Shown: positions 61,790 to 64,000 of the stretch, piece by piece | How positions within the stretch are numbered: position 1 is the stretch's first letter | How the letters are laid out: each line of letters opens with the position of its first letter | Origin: an uncultured virus (IMG/VR IMGVR_UViG_2049941000_000847) | Taxonomy: Duplodnaviria > Heunggongvirae > Uroviricota > Caudoviricetes | Virus record (IMG/VR): IMGVR_UViG_2049941000_000847 | DNA length: 64,000 bases | Strand: one strand, 5' to 3' | Made by a program: the position numbers and the translations under genes | Notes under the pieces: generated by a model | What the model was told of the DNA's origin: nothing | Database searches by the model: none | What the model saw: the letters and a program-made list of their open reading frames with translations, nothing else

Positions 61790-62022
61790 ATAACGCACGA
61801 GAGATTTTGAGCAATCTTCTTGAATCAGAGGACGAAGAGAAGCATAAGGCGTTTATTAGGTTCCTTGATGCACAAAAAGAGGCCATGGAGGTGCACAAGT
61901 GGATCGAGAGTGAAAAGGCCGGTCACGATCTGGGCGATTTTGCAAAACAAGACTGGGTAAAAAAGTACGCTGCTCAGTTCAGAGAAGAGTGGGAGAAGAC
62001 ACACGGACCAATTTCGTTTTGA
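61786..62022 (+). CDS. Small DUF4032-like protein
   Basis: HKWIESEKAGHDLG..A..DWVKKY. Confidence 0.6.
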   Translation: MNNAREILSNLLESEDEEKHKAFIRFLDAQKEAMEVHKWIESEKAGHDLGDFAKQDWVKKYAAQFREEWEKTHGPISF

Positions 62023-62032
62023 TCCGTAGATT

Positions 62033-62416
62033 ATGGGTAGCAATATAAAATGCCCCGGCAAGTGGCAGCTTGATGGAGACAAACTGGTCTGGTTTGGCGA
62101 CATAGAGAACACGGATGAGAATCCGATTTCCACAAAAGTATTCGAGATAGACGGAGCAAAAGTCCGGTTCGAGTGCCTTGCCGCACAGGGAATAGAGCCT
62201 GGTTTCCCGTTCGATGTTCTGGAAGCGTATGACTTCGTCGTCGTGGAAGTCGAAGAAGACGGTCAGAAGACGAAGATGTGGTGGTCCGATCTGGAGAAGA
62301 GACCGTGGTATCAGAAGCTGGTGGAGGCTTTCAAAGATGTGCCGGAGACGAATAGAATGAAGACAGCCACGACAAGCGAGATGATTGCCTGGTGGAGACT
62401 TCCAATGCCTAGCTGA
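62033..62416 (+). CDS. Hypothetical protein
   Basis: 127-aa ORF in operon. Confidence 0.55.
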   Translation: MGSNIKCPGKWQLDGDKLVWFGDIENTDENPISTKVFEIDGAKVRFECLAAQGIEPGFPFDVLEAYDFVVVEVEEDGQKTKMWWSDLEKRPWYQKLVEAFKDVPETNRMKTATTSEMIAWWRLPMPS

Positions 62417-62418
62417 TG

Positions 62419-63096
62419 CTAGGGCTTCGGCGCCTTCCTGTGCATACGAGTTTCGACGATGGATTCCGCGCCCTTTGTGGACGGAGATTCAAGAAGAGAT
62501 CTCTTCCCATCGTCTATGGATTCAGGCCCTAGTTTGTCGTACTTGATGTGATGTCTTAAAACATCGGCCATCCAGAACGCGTCGCACAGGTCAGAGTGCG
62601 GGTTTCCATATTGCTTCAAGGAGTGGAACTCGGTTGGATAGAGGTCTGGATATTGGTTCTGTATCGCGGACGCCATCATCGACTTGTCAGCGTTTCCATT
62701 TCCGGTGGCGAACCTTTTCACAACCATCGGAGGGTATATAACTATTCCCTTTCCGGCATCGTAAAACAACTTCTTCTCACCGCCTATGAACTCCCCGAGC
62801 TGGAATATGGACGAGCTGGACGACTTGGCAAACGCGTACCCTTCGAACGCGATGTACTCCACGTCATCCATGTCTTTCTCCAGTATGGCGTATACCAGAT
62901 TCTGACGGTCGAACATGTTCATCTTCGAGTAGTCCTTCGGTATCTTGTCGACCAAGACGCGCTCTGTGCTCATAACGTATTTGTTCTTGTCGGTGTACCC
63001 GTAGAACTTGATGTCCGTTATGTCGAGCTTTTCGTCAAGTGTCATTATGCACTTGCCGGTCGAGGTTATGGACGGGTCTATTCCGCAGATCTTCAT
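62419..63096 (-). CDS. RuvC-like Holliday junction resolvase
   Basis: GIDPSITSTG, AFEGYAF, LGE..G, VKRFATGNGNADK, DLCDAF. Confidence 0.88.
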   Translation of the reverse strand: MKICGIDPSITSTGKCIMTLDEKLDITDIKFYGYTDKNKYVMSTERVLVDKIPKDYSKMNMFDRQNLVYAILEKDMDDVEYIAFEGYAFAKSSSSSIFQLGEFIGGEKKLFYDAGKGIVIYPPMVVKRFATGNGNADKSMMASAIQNQYPDLYPTEFHSLKQYGNPHSDLCDAFWMADVLRHHIKYDKLGPESIDDGKRSLLESPSTKGAESIVETRMHRKAPKP

Positions 63097-63171
63097 CGTT
63101 GCACTGTCCTGTGCGCCGTTTCCGGTTAATGGAAAATTACATTCATAATATAGGTTTTTACAAATAATTGA

Positions 63172-63999
63172 TTATTTTGATGAGCCATCGAGCGCCGCAA
63201 ATGCATATACGGCTGTCTTGCCGTTTTGATTGACGAACTTGTATATAACGTTCAAGTCTTTTCCGCTTACGCTTGTATTGACCAGCTCGCCATCATGGCT
63301 ACCGCTTAGAACCCTTGCAGCCTTGACTTCCATGGAATGTTTGGCCTTGTTCCTGGCCATTTCCATGCTCTTTGCCTCGCCCTTCGCGATAACATATGGC
63401 TTGCCGTTCAGCTGCTTTATTTGCTCGGCGAACAGCTCGGCACCTTCCTGGTCCTGTTCCACGACCTGCTCGGTAGGAGCCTGTCTGGATATTGGAGCAT
63501 TGTCTGGTGTGGCAGCGTCCGCGTTTCCAGGTGTTCCGAGAGCCAGAGCGCCGGCGACGATAGCAGCCTTCCCAACGTTCTTCAGTTTGTCCATCATGCT
63601 TTCGTCTATCGCCATATCCGGATACATTACGTTGTGGATCCGCACGATGGCTTCCAACTGGGCTTCGTCCAGACCGAGGCCGATCATTGATTCTATGAAC
63701 AGGGTGTTCTTCTTGTTTGGATCTATGGAGTCAACAGATTCTTTTATGTTGCCCTTCGATACGTCCCGAGCTACTACAGCCTTCCCTCCAATTTTCACAT
63801 TACCAGATATCTTTGCGTTGTTTACGATCGAAGCATCGCCGTACACCTTTGCTTTATCAAATACCTTCGAACCCTCAGTCGTTTCCTCGTCGTTAGGACC
63901 ATATACCCAGCAATTTCCATTGTGGCTAAGGTTATTTTCCGATTCAATCCAACCACCGAGATCTCCGATTTTAATATAACCAAATTTCTTTATCGCTTT
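63172..63999 (-). CDS. Modular putative head protein (5' end outside window): beta-helix module, leader motif, internal signal-like peptide, C-terminal domain
   Basis: Frame open to window edge with GDLGGWIESENNLSHNGNCWV; LFIESMIGLGLDEAQLEAIVRIH. Confidence 0.75.
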   Translation of the reverse strand, partial: KAIKKFGYIKIGDLGGWIESENNLSHNGNCWVYGPNDEETTEGSKVFDKAKVYGDASIVNNAKISGNVKIGGKAVVARDVSKGNIKESVDSIDPNKKNTLFIESMIGLGLDEAQLEAIVRIHNVMYPDMAIDESMMDKLKNVGKAAIVAGALALGTPGNADAATPDNAPISRQAPTEQVVEQDQEGAELFAEQIKQLNGKPYVIAKGEAKSMEMARNKAKHSMEVKAARVLSGSHDGELVNTSVSGKDLNVIYKFVNQNGKTAVYAFAALDGSSK

Positions 64000-64000
64000 T

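Noticed and set aside
1..64000. Stop-codon recoding or CRISPR array
   Set aside because: Conserved genes are intact in the standard bacterial code and end in TAA, TAG and TGA; no regularly spaced repeat array was seen

Overview
A gene-dense 64-kb segment of a large (jumbo-type) T4-like dsDNA phage genome from a gapped, probably metagenomic, scaffold. It has many short N gaps and several allele-like duplications next to gaps. It encodes virion proteins (two FISUMP/Fib_succ_major fibre-like proteins, Ig/cadherin/IPT proteins, gp3-, gp14-, gp54- and gp25-like proteins, and a two-domain peptidoglycan hydrolase) and T4-like replication genes (gp41 helicase, gp32 SSB, gp61 primase, gp30 ligase, RNase H, RuvC-like resolvase). 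It also carries a sigma70-type factor, tRNA-Lys(UUU) next to an RNA ligase and a metallophosphoesterase, a solo TnpB, a patatin, Hsp20 and redox genes. The FISUMP domains suggest a Fibrobacter/FCB-group host (inference). Two promoter-like motifs divide the genes: AAAAWMCTATATT (15 copies, mostly replication/metabolic genes) and TATAAACT (11 copies, mostly structural genes, three of them palindromic and bidirectional). The strongest leads are: (1) a recurring helical leader motif followed by T4 gp21-type cleavage sites that would expose hidden signal peptides in putative capsid-packaged proteins; (2) a TnpB bracketed by a perfect 21-bp inverted repeat with a third copy 40 kb away; (3) a compact tRNA-Lys replacement/repair module. 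All family assignments come from reading motifs by eye; no searches were run.
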